From positions 1 through 59,944 of IMG/VR virus record IMGVR_UViG_3300043661_000028: a stretch of DNA of 59,944 bases. One strand, written 5' to 3'. This DNA comes from a virus (taxonomy: Duplodnaviria; Caudoviricetes). The translations under genes and the position numbers were made by a program. Positions 1 to 8,667 of the stretch are shown here, piece after piece. Within the stretch, counting starts at the first letter, position 1, and every line of letters begins with the position of its first letter. The notes beneath the pieces are model-generated. The model was not told the DNA's origin. It saw nothing but the letters and a program-made list of their open reading frames with translations, and ran no database searches.

Positions 1-252
1 CCCCGAGCTGGCCCCCGAGCTGGACCCTGAGCTGGCCCCCGAGCTGGCCCCAGAGCTGGCCCCAGAGCTGGTCCCTGAGCTGGTCCCTGAGCTGGCCCCC
101 GAGCTGGTCCCTGAGCTGGCCCCCGAGCTGGCCCCAGAGCTGGCCCCAGAGCTGGTCCCTGAGCTGGTCCCTGAGCTGGTCCCCGAGCTGGCCCCTGAGC
201 TGGCCCCTGAGCTGGCCCCCGAGCTGGCCCCAGAGCTGGCCCCAGAGCTGGC
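1..252. repeat. 12-bp coding tandem repeat (GAGCTGGYCCCN, about 21 copies)
   Basis: Directly visible; on the minus strand it encodes (W/G/R)(G/D)QL units. Confidence 0.95.
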
Positions 253-481
253 TGATGACGGTGGCGGCGTAGATGCAGCCGAGGGGTGAGTCCATCCAGA
301 TCGTCAGGAGCGGCGCGGGCAGGCCGTGGACGTCGTAAAGGCGCTGTACGGCAGCGGTGGCGGTGTCGCGGCCGGGCTGGCGGAGGGACAGGGCGGTGGT
401 CATCCACTTGTCGCGGGTGGCGGTGATGCGGCCGAGGTCGGCGGTGGTGAGGGTGCCCGTGTAGCTGGCGGTGGCGGTCAT
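2..481 (-). CDS. N-terminal part of a DUF6745-like protein with 4-aa QL repeats (runs off the window)
   Basis: ATG at 481 overlaps the stop of 478..816 (ATGA); reads MTATASYTGTLTTADLGRITATRDKW...WMDSPLGCIYAATVISQLWGQLWGQLGGQLRGQL...; absent from the ORF track because there is no stop in the window. Confidence 0.75.
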   Translation of the reverse strand, partial: MTATASYTGTLTTADLGRITATRDKWMTTALSLRQPGRDTATAAVQRLYDVHGLPAPLLTIWMDSPLGCIYAATVISQLWGQLWGQLGGQLRGQLRGQLGDQLRDQLRDQLWGQLWGQLGGQLRDQLGGQLRDQLRDQLWGQLWGQLGGQLRVQLGGQLG

Positions 482-816
482 GGGTGCCGGGTCCTTTCTG
501 GCGTGGTTTTCCAGCCGCGGACGATGCTGATGAAGTCGCGCGTTTCGCCGGGCGTGAGCTTGTCGCCGTCGTGGGGCCGCCCGGGGATGCGGCGGGCGGC
601 GCGGGCGACCAGGTAGCGGGCGTGACGTGCCGGGTGCCGGGCGGCGCGCAGGATGCGGACGGCGAGGATGAGGATGAGGGTCCAGGTGATGAGGGCGCGG
701 ATGGCGGCGGCGCGGCGGAGGCGGGCGGTCCGCTCGTGGCCGGCCAGGATGCTGGCGGCGTAAGCGCCGCAGCCGGCGAGGGTGAGGATGACGGCGGCCC
801 AGGCGGCGATGATCAT
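478..816 (-). CDS. Small membrane protein
   Basis: Two hydrophobic stretches; ATGA overlaps with both neighbours. Confidence 0.6.
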   Translation of the reverse strand: MIIAAWAAVILTLAGCGAYAASILAGHERTARLRRAAAIRALITWTLILILAVRILRAARHPARHARYLVARAARRIPGRPHDGDKLTPGETRDFISIVRGWKTTPERTRHP

Positions 817-1022
817 GACGCGCCGCCCTGCGTGCCCGCTTCCCAGCAGGCGGACACGAACAGCGCCGCGAATTCCTCGGCCAGCGACGCCGGCAGTCTC
901 ACGCCGTCGGCCGACAGCCAGCCGCCGATGTAGATCGCGACGGTGCCGTAGTCGACGCCGACGCTGATGATGCCGTCGTCGGTGTCGATGTGCCCGGTCT
1001 CGCGGACGTGCGGGTCAGCCAT
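813..1022 (-). CDS. Hypothetical phage protein
   Basis: Overlapping-gene chain, good codon usage. Confidence 0.6.
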   Translation of the reverse strand: MADPHVRETGHIDTDDGIISVGVDYGTVAIYIGGWLSADGVRLPASLAEEFAALFVSACWEAGTQGGAS

Positions 1023-1233
1023 TGACGGCCTCCCAGATCCACGGCTCGCCGGGATTCTTGGTGCGCTGCACGAGACCTTTTCGCTCCATCTGTTCGAGCG
1101 TGGCGCGAATCGCGGCGACGTTTCTGCGCGACGTGCTCTGGCCCAGCGTCACCGCCAGGTCGCAGGCACTCTGCGGGCGCCCCCTGAGCGCGTCGAGCCA
1201 GGCGGGCGTCAGGCCGTCATAGTGGTCACTCAT
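1015..1233 (-). CDS. Small winged-helix-like protein
   Basis: ALRGRPQSACDLAVTLG...IRATLEQMERKGLVQR resembles a wHTH. Confidence 0.55.
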   Translation of the reverse strand: MSDHYDGLTPAWLDALRGRPQSACDLAVTLGQSTSRRNVAAIRATLEQMERKGLVQRTKNPGEPWIWEAVNG

Positions 1234-1624
1234 CGCACGCCACCCGGTGCCCGGCTGCGGTGGTCAGGTACCCGCACCGGCCGCAGCGGCTGGCCGGCGT
1301 TACGGGGGGGGGCGCAGGTGCCGGCCCCGGCTCGGGGACTGCGGCCAGCGCGGCCAGCTCGTCGCCGTCCGGGGGGTCCCATCCGGTGCCGGGGCCGACG
1401 CAGTTCGCCCCGGTGCGCTCGGCGGCCAGCGCGGCCAGCCGGGCGTCTGCCTGGGCGCGGGCGCGCTCCATCTCGGCGTTCACCGCCCGGTGCCGTTCGC
1501 GGGCCGCGATCACCGCTGGCGGCTCCTGACGGCCGCGGGAGGGGTCGTAGAACTTCGGCGGCCGGGTGTCGCTGGCGCGGGTCATGGCGGACCGGCCGTC
1601 CCCTGCAACGCGCGGCTCAGTCAT
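1226..1624 (-). CDS. Hypothetical protein with C-terminal CxxC...HxxxC zinc motif
   Basis: RCGRCGYLTTAAGHRVAC; overlaps neighbours. Confidence 0.55.
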   Translation of the reverse strand: MTEPRVAGDGRSAMTRASDTRPPKFYDPSRGRQEPPAVIAARERHRAVNAEMERARAQADARLAALAAERTGANCVGPGTGWDPPDGDELAALAAVPEPGPAPAPPPVTPASRCGRCGYLTTAAGHRVACDE

Positions 1625-1889
1625 CGCCGTCTCCTAGCTGCTTCTCCCACTTGGCGATCTGGACCTGGCCGACGCGGGCGCGGTACCCGTCGCTGACCTG
1701 GCAGAACCGGCCGAGCATGTCGCGGGCCAGGGCCTCGAGCGCGTCGATCCTGGCGGCGGCGTGGTTCACGGCGTCGATGCAGAGCGCCACTTCGGCGAGC
1801 ATGCGGTATTCGCAGCGCTCGTCACTCTCCGACTCGCAGGCGGCCTCGTACAGCACGTCTCCCGCGGTGATCTGCTCGTGCTCAGGCAT
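1617..1889 (-). CDS. Hypothetical phage protein
   Basis: Start re-called at ATG 1889 (MPEHEQITAG), overlapping the upstream stop. Confidence 0.55.
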   Translation of the reverse strand: MPEHEQITAGDVLYEAACESESDERCEYRMLAEVALCIDAVNHAAARIDALEALARDMLGRFCQVSDGYRARVGQVQIAKWEKQLGDGDD

Positions 1890-3240
1890 CACTGTCGCCT
1901 GCCTGCTCGCGCCCGGCCATGTACTCGATGAGCTTCTCGCGGTCGCCGCCGAACCCTTCGAGGGTGTCGGCGAGCTTGCGCGCTTCGGTGAACGACAGGT
2001 TTTTGGTGGACCGGCCATCCGCACGGGGCCCGGTGAGCGGCGCGCGCCCGGTGATCGTCTCGGCGATCTTGAGTTTCTGCTCGCGGTCCGCGGTGGTGAA
2101 CCCGAGGCCGCCGAGGATGATGTGCAGGCTGGTGAGCTGGTCTTCGCTGGCCGACCCGGGCTCGTCTTCCGGCGCTTCAACAGAAGCGGCCGGACCGTTG
2201 GAATGAGGCTCTGTCGCTCCAACGGAACTTGAGGATTCCGGGTCCTGCGGCGGAGGCGGCTGCGCACCCCGAGACGGCGCGGCCCCGGCAGCCCTGGGGC
2301 GTGCTTCCCGCGCCGTGCGCTCACCAGCGGTCCTCCGCTGCGCCCCGTTCCGGGGCTCGGTGCGGGGCTGGCTTCGGGTGTCATCCTCCGCCGCAGGAGT
2401 TTCCGCGCGGCCGAGGTCCTCGACATCGACCGGGGTGGCCGTCTTGAGCAGCTCGCCGCGCTGCCGGATGCGGTTCTGGACGTGGTTGGCCTGGCGTGGC
2501 GTGCACCGGCCGTCGCGGGCGGCGGCGGCGGCTTCGAGGAAGATCTGGTTCCCGTCTTCCCTGGTGGTGAAGGTGAGCGCCGCTTCGAGGGCCTGCTCGT
2601 ACCAGGTCGGGCCGTCGTCCTGAGGCGCCGGGGCGCTGTCGTCTTCTTCCCGGTCAGTGAATATGCCCCCGGCGGCGGTGGCGTCGACTGTGGCGCCGAC
2701 GATGGCCCGCTTCTGGGCGCGCTTCATGAGGGCGTTCCAGTCCGCCCGGTACTCGCCGCGGTCCTTCCACTTGGTGGGGTCGGCTACCCGGCCGTACTGC
2801 TTGGCCCATTTCCGCTCGTTGTATTCGGCCTTGCGCTGGACCTCTTCGGCGGACTGCCAGAACTTGCTCTCGTCGTAGTCGGCGGTTCCCTCGCAGGTGG
2901 CGAGGGTTTCGCGAGTGCCGTCGGGGAGCCGCTTGGTGACGACGGCACGGTAGGTGATGCCGTGCTTGCGGCCGTCATCGTCGCGTTCGACTTCGACGCG
3001 GTCACAGGTGCAGCCGAGCTGGAACCACTGCAGGAGCTTCTGCGCGCCGGGCCGCCACAGGCTCTTCTCGTCGCCGTTGGTGCCGGGAATGTGCCCGTAG
3101 TCGACTCCTTCGCGGAGGACGGCTTGGGTGCAGGCGCGTACCTGGTCGTCGAGGGCCTTGGCCGACTCGGGTGTCATGACGATACCGGCCTGGTACTGGC
3201 CGATCCCGGCGGCGGGCTGGTAGACGTCGATGTCGGTCAT
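1882..3240 (-). CDS. Putative single-strand annealing recombinase (Rad52/Sak-like N-terminal domain)
   Basis: Motifs LREGVDYGHIPGT..KSLWRPGAQKL and WNALMKRAQKRAIVGAT are typical of phage SSAP-like proteins; disordered linker; early operon position. Confidence 0.6.
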   Translation of the reverse strand: MTDIDVYQPAAGIGQYQAGIVMTPESAKALDDQVRACTQAVLREGVDYGHIPGTNGDEKSLWRPGAQKLLQWFQLGCTCDRVEVERDDDGRKHGITYRAVVTKRLPDGTRETLATCEGTADYDESKFWQSAEEVQRKAEYNERKWAKQYGRVADPTKWKDRGEYRADWNALMKRAQKRAIVGATVDATAAGGIFTDREEDDSAPAPQDDGPTWYEQALEAALTFTTREDGNQIFLEAAAAARDGRCTPRQANHVQNRIRQRGELLKTATPVDVEDLGRAETPAAEDDTRSQPRTEPRNGAQRRTAGERTAREARPRAAGAAPSRGAQPPPPQDPESSSSVGATEPHSNGPAASVEAPEDEPGSASEDQLTSLHIILGGLGFTTADREQKLKIAETITGRAPLTGPRADGRSTKNLSFTEARKLADTLEGFGGDREKLIEYMAGREQAGDSDA

Positions 3241-3243
3241 GGC

Positions 3244-3585
3244 CTAGTCCTTTCGCGCGGCCGTGTTGGTGGCGGGTGCGCCGCCCGTCTCGTCCGGCCG
3301 CAGGTTGTATGTCTGGTAGTCATCGCAGTAGCCAGGACAGCCGCAACCACCGCAGGCGAAACAGTGCTGGTGTCGGCAGGCGAAAAACCCCTGGTAGTCG
3401 TAGCAGTCCTCGTCGTGGGAGTGGTCGCACGGCTCGTAGTCGTCCGGTTCGGCCTCTTCGCCGGGCTGGCGGCAGCACGGCAGTCCCTCGAGTTCCGGCG
3501 GATGGTAGGCGTGCGGCTCGGGGCCGTTCGGGCAGTCGTCCCGGTAGGTGCGGCATAGCTGCTGTCCGTCGGTCGCGGCGGCCAT
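3244..3585 (-). CDS. Cys/His-rich hypothetical protein
   Basis: ATG 3585 (TGATG overlap); CDHSHDEDC, CRHQHCFACGGCGCPGYC. Confidence 0.6.
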   Translation of the reverse strand: MAAATDGQQLCRTYRDDCPNGPEPHAYHPPELEGLPCCRQPGEEAEPDDYEPCDHSHDEDCYDYQGFFACRHQHCFACGGCGCPGYCDDYQTYNLRPDETGGAPATNTAARKD

Positions 3586-3818
3586 CAGTTCATCCCGCTG
3601 GCCAGGGCGACGGCGAGGTCGCGCCAGTCGCCGCTGCAGGTGGCGACCTGCGCGTACGCGCCCTCGTAGCCGTCGGCTTCGGCGGAGGCGTCCCGGTGGT
3701 CCGGGCATAGCCCGTCTGGGGTCTTGCGGCAGCCGGCGCAGAACCCGGTTTCGGTGCGGCGGGTGATGGCGGCTTCGGCGAGCGCGGCGAGGATGAGTTC
3801 CCGCAGCGGGATGGTCAC
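3585..3818 (-). CDS. Hypothetical protein with CxxC...CxxH motif
   Basis: GTG 3818 overlaps the upstream stop; FCAGCRKTPDGLCPDH. Confidence 0.55.
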   Translation of the reverse strand: MTIPLRELILAALAEAAITRRTETGFCAGCRKTPDGLCPDHRDASAEADGYEGAYAQVATCSGDWRDLAVALASGMN

Positions 3819-4075
3819 CAGGTCACCCCGATTGCGTCGTTCCACTCAGCGGCGAGGCCGCTGTCCTGCGGCAGGGTGAGGGTGATGCCGCCGAGTGCGG
3901 TGGCGGCGGCGAGCGCGAGCGTGGCGTGCACCTGGGCCAGCGCGGTGATGCGCCCGGCCTGGAAGTGCATCGCGGTCCGCACCTCGTCGTCCCGGCTGGC
4001 GAAGATCGCCGCGTCGACTGACTGCGCGTCGGCGGCCAGGCGCTCAGCCCGCTGGTAGTGTCCCGGCCCGGTCAC
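3815..4075 (-). CDS. Actinophage hypothetical protein (TGPGHY...AQVHATLALAAAT family)
   Basis: GTG 4075; recognisable actinophage motif; paralog of the upstream gene. Confidence 0.65.
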   Translation of the reverse strand: MTGPGHYQRAERLAADAQSVDAAIFASRDDEVRTAMHFQAGRITALAQVHATLALAAATALGGITLTLPQDSGLAAEWNDAIGVTW

Positions 4076-4323
4076 CGGGTCACCTCCGCGACCTGCTCGG
4101 CGTATTCCGGGTCGATCGCGGTCAGCCATTCGTGCCGGTCCGCCTGCGTCAGCCCGGTCCGGGTCATGGTCGCGGCGGTGAGCGCGGCCAGCCCGTGGCC
4201 TATGGCGCGGGCGAGCATCGACATCTCGTGCGGGCAGCCGGAGTGCGGGCAGCCGTATGAGCACGGGTCGGCGTCGCCGGAGAGGATCAGGTCGGCCTCG
4301 CGCCAGTGCCCCGGCCCGTTCAC
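4072..4323 (-). CDS. Paralog of the GPGH(Y/W) family protein
   Basis: MNGPGHWREADLIL...ARAIGHGLAALTAAT aligns with the adjacent gene. Confidence 0.6.
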   Translation of the reverse strand: MNGPGHWREADLILSGDADPCSYGCPHSGCPHEMSMLARAIGHGLAALTAATMTRTGLTQADRHEWLTAIDPEYAEQVAEVTR

Positions 4324-4583
4324 GTCGCCGCCTGCGCGGGCTCGCTGATCTCATCGGCCTGCGCGGCGCCGGGCTGCGCCCGGGCGGCCGGGTCCGGGTC
4401 GCCGGCGCCGGCGAGGATCAGGCCGGCGATGTGGCAGATCCCGGCCTGGGCCTGCAGGGCCACCCACTTGGGCGGCTGACCGCCGGCGAGGCGGTCCGCG
4501 GTCAGCTCGGCGAGCCCGTTGAGGGCCGCGGCGATCTCCCGGGGGCTGTATCCCGTGCCGGGGCCGGGTGCGCCGCCGGTCAC
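4320..4583 (-). CDS. Hypothetical protein
   Basis: GTG 4583 with GTGA overlaps on both sides. Confidence 0.5.
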   Translation of the reverse strand: MTGGAPGPGTGYSPREIAAALNGLAELTADRLAGGQPPKWVALQAQAGICHIAGLILAGAGDPDPAARAQPGAAQADEISEPAQAAT

Positions 4584-5392
4584 GGCGCCGCCTGGCCGGG
4601 GGCGGTGCGGTCCCGGGTGTCCTGCGGTGTCTCCGGCCGCTGCAAGGGCAGGCCGGTGTCGCCGTCCTCGGGCCGGTACCAGGGCAGGTTGCCGGCCCAG
4701 CCGTGATTCCAGCCCCCTGGCGGTTCCCATTCACCGCGGTCGCCGATCAGGTGGGTGACGGCCTCGCGGTGGGCTTCGCCGATGATCGACCCGGCGGGGA
4801 GTTCCTCGCCGCGCTGCACTACCTGGTCGGCTTCGTCGACCCGGTAGCCCATGCCGCGCTGCTCGAGGTAGGCCCACTTGAGTTTGAGGAAGGTGTGCGC
4901 GGCGCGGAGCCGGTCGTTCCAGGGGATGCCGGGGCCGCTGGTGTTGACGGTCATGGTCCAGCCGTTCCCGGCTGCTGAGTGCGTCCGCACCGCGCTGGCG
5001 GCCGGCCGGGGCTGGGCGCGCAGGGCGGGGAGCCGGGCGGGCGGCGCGATGCCGCGCCGCTCCGCGTACCCGGGGGCCGGATGCCATGTGGTCTCGGCCC
5101 CGATGCCGGTGAAGTGCCCGTGCGGGTGTGCCTGCGGGGCGGCGGGACGGTCGTCCGGGGGTCCCCATCCCGTGGCGTCATAGTCACGGGGGGCGCCGTA
5201 GACGTCGGCCGGGTCGAGGCCGGCGCCGGACGCGCCGCCGAACGCGATGGTGGTGCCGTCCTGGCCGGCGGGGCCGGCCTTCTCGAGGAGTTCGGTGACG
5301 TCCTGGCCGTCGTCGGGGAAGTCGCCGTCGAGGACGGGCCTGCGGCCGGCCTGGCTGCGGTGGGAGCGGCGGCGGAATCTGGGGAATGTCAC
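4580..5392 (-). CDS. Hypothetical protein (270 aa)
   Basis: Preceded by AAGGGA SD-like sequence; overlaps the next gene. Confidence 0.6.
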   Translation of the reverse strand: MTFPRFRRRSHRSQAGRRPVLDGDFPDDGQDVTELLEKAGPAGQDGTTIAFGGASGAGLDPADVYGAPRDYDATGWGPPDDRPAAPQAHPHGHFTGIGAETTWHPAPGYAERRGIAPPARLPALRAQPRPAASAVRTHSAAGNGWTMTVNTSGPGIPWNDRLRAAHTFLKLKWAYLEQRGMGYRVDEADQVVQRGEELPAGSIIGEAHREAVTHLIGDRGEWEPPGGWNHGWAGNLPWYRPEDGDTGLPLQRPETPQDTRDRTAPGQAAP

Positions 5393-5416
5393 TACTGGTA
5401 GTCCCTTCGGTCGTTT

Positions 5417-5475
5417 TGCTATCCTTGGACCTGGTAGTCCCTTGGGGCGTCGTGTCAGCGGCGCCCCGTTTTTTT
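5417..5475 (+). ncRNA. Candidate antisense sRNA (extended -10 promoter, about 45-nt RNA, intrinsic terminator)
   Basis: TGcTATCCT at 5417-5425; CTGGTAGTCCCTT at 5431-5443 duplicated at 5395-5407; GGGGCGTCG/CGGCGCCCC stem followed by T7. Confidence 0.5.
5444..5475 (+). terminator. Rho-independent terminator
   Basis: 9-bp GC stem (5444-5452 / 5459-5467) followed by G and TTTTTTT. Confidence 0.7.
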
Positions 5476-5480
5476 GCGTC

Positions 5481-5681
5481 TCAGGCGGCTGAGACCAGCC
5501 GGGTGATGTCCTCTGCGGGCCTGTAGCAGAGCCGGGTGTTTTCGCGCACCACGACGCGGGCGATGGCGGGAACTCCGTCCTGCGGCGGGTGGACGTGCAG
5601 GCCGGCGGCGTGACCGGAACCGCACGCGGAGCCGTCGCAGTCCACTTCGAAGGCGCTCAGCGGGAACTGGTTCAAGTCCAT
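5481..5681 (-). CDS. Small hypothetical protein
   Basis: ATG 5681 (MDLNQFPL) after an A/G-rich leader. Confidence 0.5.
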   Translation of the reverse strand: MDLNQFPLSAFEVDCDGSACGSGHAAGLHVHPPQDGVPAIARVVVRENTRLCYRPAEDITRLVSAA

Positions 5682-5700
5682 GGATTTCTTCTTTCGCGTC

Positions 5701-5988
5701 TCAGGCGGCCGGGACCTTCGGCTCCGGTTCGCTCTCGATGTCGTCGTCGCCGGTCCAGTCGCTGATGTCGCTGACTTTGACGGGCCTTGCCGGCGTCGAC
5801 AGGACGCGGGCAACCTGGCGCAGGAGCGGGACGCCTCGCGGATTCGGCGTTTTGCGCCCGGTGAGGTCGTAGATGCTCGACGGCTTGCAGCCGACCTTGC
5901 GGGCGACGTCGGTGACCAGGTATCCGCGTGCCCTGATCAGCGCGCGGATCTTCACCTTGTCCGGCCGGGCCGAGGGGATGTCTGGCAT
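5701..5988 (-). CDS. Cro-like XRE HTH regulator
   Basis: IRALIRARGYLVTDVARKVGCKPSSIYDL HTH; first gene of the leftward operon; apparently leaderless start at 5988. Confidence 0.75.
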   Translation of the reverse strand: MPDIPSARPDKVKIRALIRARGYLVTDVARKVGCKPSSIYDLTGRKTPNPRGVPLLRQVARVLSTPARPVKVSDISDWTGDDDIESEPEPKVPAA

Positions 5989-5994
5989 GCGACG

Positions 5995-6024
5995 ACAGTA
6001 GACGGTACTAGGAGATGACGTCAA
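5995..6024 (-). promoter_or_regulatory. Leftward promoter for cro (leaderless)
   Basis: Minus strand TTGACG-18 bp-TACTGT, ATG 6 nt downstream. Confidence 0.65.
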
Positions 6025-6116
6025 ATCATCTTCGGGGAATTTTCGACACCGGGATATAGCAGGAACTTAGAGGGAAGTTTGAGGGATGCGGCGTACGCTG
6101 GCAATTTCTCGCTACG

Positions 6117-6155
6117 ATGAGGTTGCTTGACGGCAACCTCATTGCCGTTCACAGT
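6117..6155 (+). promoter_or_regulatory. Operator palindrome wrapped around the -35 of the repressor promoter
   Basis: ATGAGGTTGC-TTGACG-GCAACCTCAT (perfect 10-bp arms); TTGACG-17 bp-CACAGT. Confidence 0.6.
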
Positions 6156-6194
6156 CAGATACGGGGCGGTACTTCCAGGCGCAAAGGGGACACG

Positions 6195-6845
6195 ATGGCA
6201 TCAGGCCTGCGGCCCATAGAAGAGGCTCCCCCCGAGGGGCGGCGGCTGCTCGGAGTGCTCCTCGGGCAGCGCCGCACCGAACTCGGCTACACGCACCTGC
6301 CCGCGTTCGCCCGCGCCCGGCTGCCGCTGACGCCCTCGGGCAACCCGAATACCAGGCTGCTCGCCGACATCGAGAAGGCTTACCGGGACAACTTCCCCGA
6401 GGTCAGGCTGCGCCAGCTCGCGCACGCCTACCTGGTGGCCTATGAATCGCTCGTCGCCGTCGCGCACCTCCGGTCCCGCGCCCTGGTCCCGGTGCCTCCC
6501 GCCGGGCCTGCCGCTCCTGTCGTCCCGGCCGAGCCGCCGGGGTGGATGCCGCCGATGACCGACCCGGCCCGCACCGCCTCCGCCCGGCCCTACGCCGACC
6601 GCATCTGGGACCGGCTGCGGCTGCTCGCCATCCGCGGCATCACCGACCCGGACGGCACCCAGGTGTTCCTGCGCGCCGCCGCCGATCCCCGCGACTACGA
6701 CGGCATCGGCACTCCCGCCGACGCCAAGGCGTGGGACGGCACCGGCGAGCGGCTGGACCTGCCCGGCCGGGTGTGGCTGATCGCGGACATGCAGCGCCGC
6801 GACGCCGGCCGCGGCGGCTCCGGGACCGGGACGGCCAGGGCTTAA
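6195..6845 (+). CDS. Putative immunity repressor (divergent XRE-like HTH)
   Basis: LGVLLGQRRTELGY...LLADIEKA...LRQLAHAY; divergent from cro; SD AAGGGGA before ATG 6195. Confidence 0.6.
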   Translation: MASGLRPIEEAPPEGRRLLGVLLGQRRTELGYTHLPAFARARLPLTPSGNPNTRLLADIEKAYRDNFPEVRLRQLAHAYLVAYESLVAVAHLRSRALVPVPPAGPAAPVVPAEPPGWMPPMTDPARTASARPYADRIWDRLRLLAIRGITDPDGTQVFLRAAADPRDYDGIGTPADAKAWDGTGERLDLPGRVWLIADMQRRDAGRGGSGTGTARA

Positions 6846-7052
6846 GTCGCAGTAACGTCGCGGGCGGCGGGGGCGCGGGAGGCGCAATTGCGCGGCGGGC
6901 CGTCACTGATGGTCCCGGATCGCTTGCGCGGCGGCTGTATACCGGGTGGGATGAAATCCTGGGGATTGTCACGTTGCGAGACGCCCGCCGCGGAGCGATC
7001 GGCCTGGGGTCAGCCCCGGGCGGGCCTGGCCTGGTTCAGGGAGGGTGGCGTC

Positions 7053-7316
7053 ATGGCCGGTCCTGCGCGCGGGAGCACGGCCAGCCCGGCACCAGGGCGG
7101 GATCTGCGGGATGCGGCGGCGGCGGTGATGAGGGCCGCGGAGCGGTGCGCTGACCTGACGGGCGCGGAGCTGCGGACCCTGAGCGCACGGCTGCGCGGCC
7201 TGGTGTTCGACGAGGCGGTGGTCGAGGCGGAGCGGGCCCGGGCGGCTGATGAGGCGCTGGCCGCCGCGGGGCTGGTCCCGCCGCCGCGCGGCCGTCACCT
7301 GCGCGCCGTCAGCTAG
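7053..7316 (+). CDS. Small hypothetical protein
   Basis: SD GGGAGGG, ATG 7053; ends GRHLRAVS. Confidence 0.5.
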   Translation: MAGPARGSTASPAPGRDLRDAAAAVMRAAERCADLTGAELRTLSARLRGLVFDEAVVEAERARAADEALAAAGLVPPPRGRHLRAVS

Positions 7317-7501
7317 GCGCCGAGCGCCGCCGTGAGTTTGGCGAGCAGCTCGTCTTCGTCCTGGCCGTGTATCTCGGCGCCCGCGTAGTCGCCCAGCGGT
7401 ATCCACGCGTGCCACACGCCGTCGACTTGGCAGATGACGGTGTCGGGGTGGGCGCGGGCGAGTTCGGCGAGTGACCCGGGCAGCCGCGCAACCTTGTCCA
7501 T
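7313..7501 (-). CDS. Small hypothetical protein
   Basis: Minus-strand TACCGT 7 nt upstream of the ATG suggests a leaderless gene; good codon usage. Confidence 0.5.
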   Translation of the reverse strand: MDKVARLPGSLAELARAHPDTVICQVDGVWHAWIPLGDYAGAEIHGQDEDELLAKLTAALGA

Positions 7502-7680
7502 CTGCCGGACGGTACGTGCATGCGGAGACGGAAGGCAAACAGCTCCCGATACGGGCGCGTTTTGCCGTGCGCGCGCACGGTTACGGTGCTACCGTCTCCA
7601 GTTGAGGCCAGCCCCCGGAACCGGTCACAGCGGCGCCGGGGGCCTGGGCAATCATTCCTGTCCGAAAGGAAACGATTACC

Positions 7681-8667
7681 GTGACGACCACCCTAGACGA
7701 GCCTGCCCCGGAGAGCGTCGACCCGCGCACGGCCGGCATCCAGGTCGAGGTCAAGCTCCGCGACTGGAACCTCAGCTACGAGTACGTGGCCGAGTTCCCG
7801 GCCGAGAAGATCCGCTCCGTCGACTGGACGCAGGTCCGCTCCGCCACTGACCATGCCGGTGCCGACAAGCAGACGCTGGGCGAGTTCCGCATGCAGATGA
7901 TGCAGGGCGCAGTCTTCCCGCCGGTCGTGATCATGGAGCCTGACGTCCTGGTCGACGGCAACCACCGCGTGGCCGCCGCGAAGAGCCTGCGCCGCAAGGC
8001 CTTCCCCGCGTTCGTGGTGAAGTTCAGCAGCGTGGACCTGGCCAAGAGCTTCGCGGCGGCCATGAACCAGCTGAACGGGCGCCGGCTCACCACGCAGGAG
8101 GCATTCCAGGCGGCGGTGACCATGATGGCGCGGGGGATGGCCGATGAGGCGATCGCCCGCGAGGTCGGGCGTGCGCCGTCCAGCGTGCGGGACATGCGCC
8201 GCCAGAACGAGTTCGCCGAGCGCAGCTCGGCCATGCCCGAGCTGCGCAAGCTGATGGAGAAAGCGCCGATACCGGTGCGGGCACAGCAGAAACTGGCCTC
8301 GATCAGCCATGATCCGGCGTTCGCCGAGGCCGTGAAGGTGGTGGCCGAGACCCGCGCGCCGATGCAGACGGTTAACGAGATAGTGGAGGCGGCGGTGAAG
8401 GCGCGGACGGACACGGATGCGATAGTGGCCGTGCGGGCCAAGCGCGCCGAGCTGGCACCTGCCGGTCCGCCGCCGCACCGGGTGACGGTGCCGCAGTCGG
8501 TGAGGAACTGCCGGATGTGGCTCGGCGGCATCCTGAAGTTCCGCGCGAACGCCACCATCCTGCTCGACACGCAATCCGAGGAGACGCGGGTCAAGGCGGC
8601 CGAGCAGTGGAGGCAGGTTCAGGGCCTGGCCGCCGAGATGATCGACCTGTACGGCAAGCGTGACTGA
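7681..8667 (+). CDS. ParB/Srx-like N-terminal domain protein with HTH
   Basis: FPPVVI...VLVDGNHRVAAA ParB motif; GMADEAIAREVGRAPSSVRDM HTH; own TGcTACCGT promoter, hairpin and SD GAAAGGA. Confidence 0.75.
   Translation: MTTTLDEPAPESVDPRTAGIQVEVKLRDWNLSYEYVAEFPAEKIRSVDWTQVRSATDHAGADKQTLGEFRMQMMQGAVFPPVVIMEPDVLVDGNHRVAAAKSLRRKAFPAFVVKFSSVDLAKSFAAAMNQLNGRRLTTQEAFQAAVTMMARGMADEAIAREVGRAPSSVRDMRRQNEFAERSSAMPELRKLMEKAPIPVRAQQKLASISHDPAFAEAVKVVAETRAPMQTVNEIVEAAVKARTDTDAIVAVRAKRAELAPAGPPPHRVTVPQSVRNCRMWLGGILKFRANATILLDTQSEETRVKAAEQWRQVQGLAAEMIDLYGKRD

Noticed and set aside
1-252. CRISPR-like appearance of the repeats
   Set aside because: Contiguous 12-bp units with no spacers, in frame within a coding gene; no cas genes
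967-2232. 421-aa plus-strand ORF in the early region
   Set aside because: Opposite a chain of tightly overlapping minus-strand genes; no coding signature
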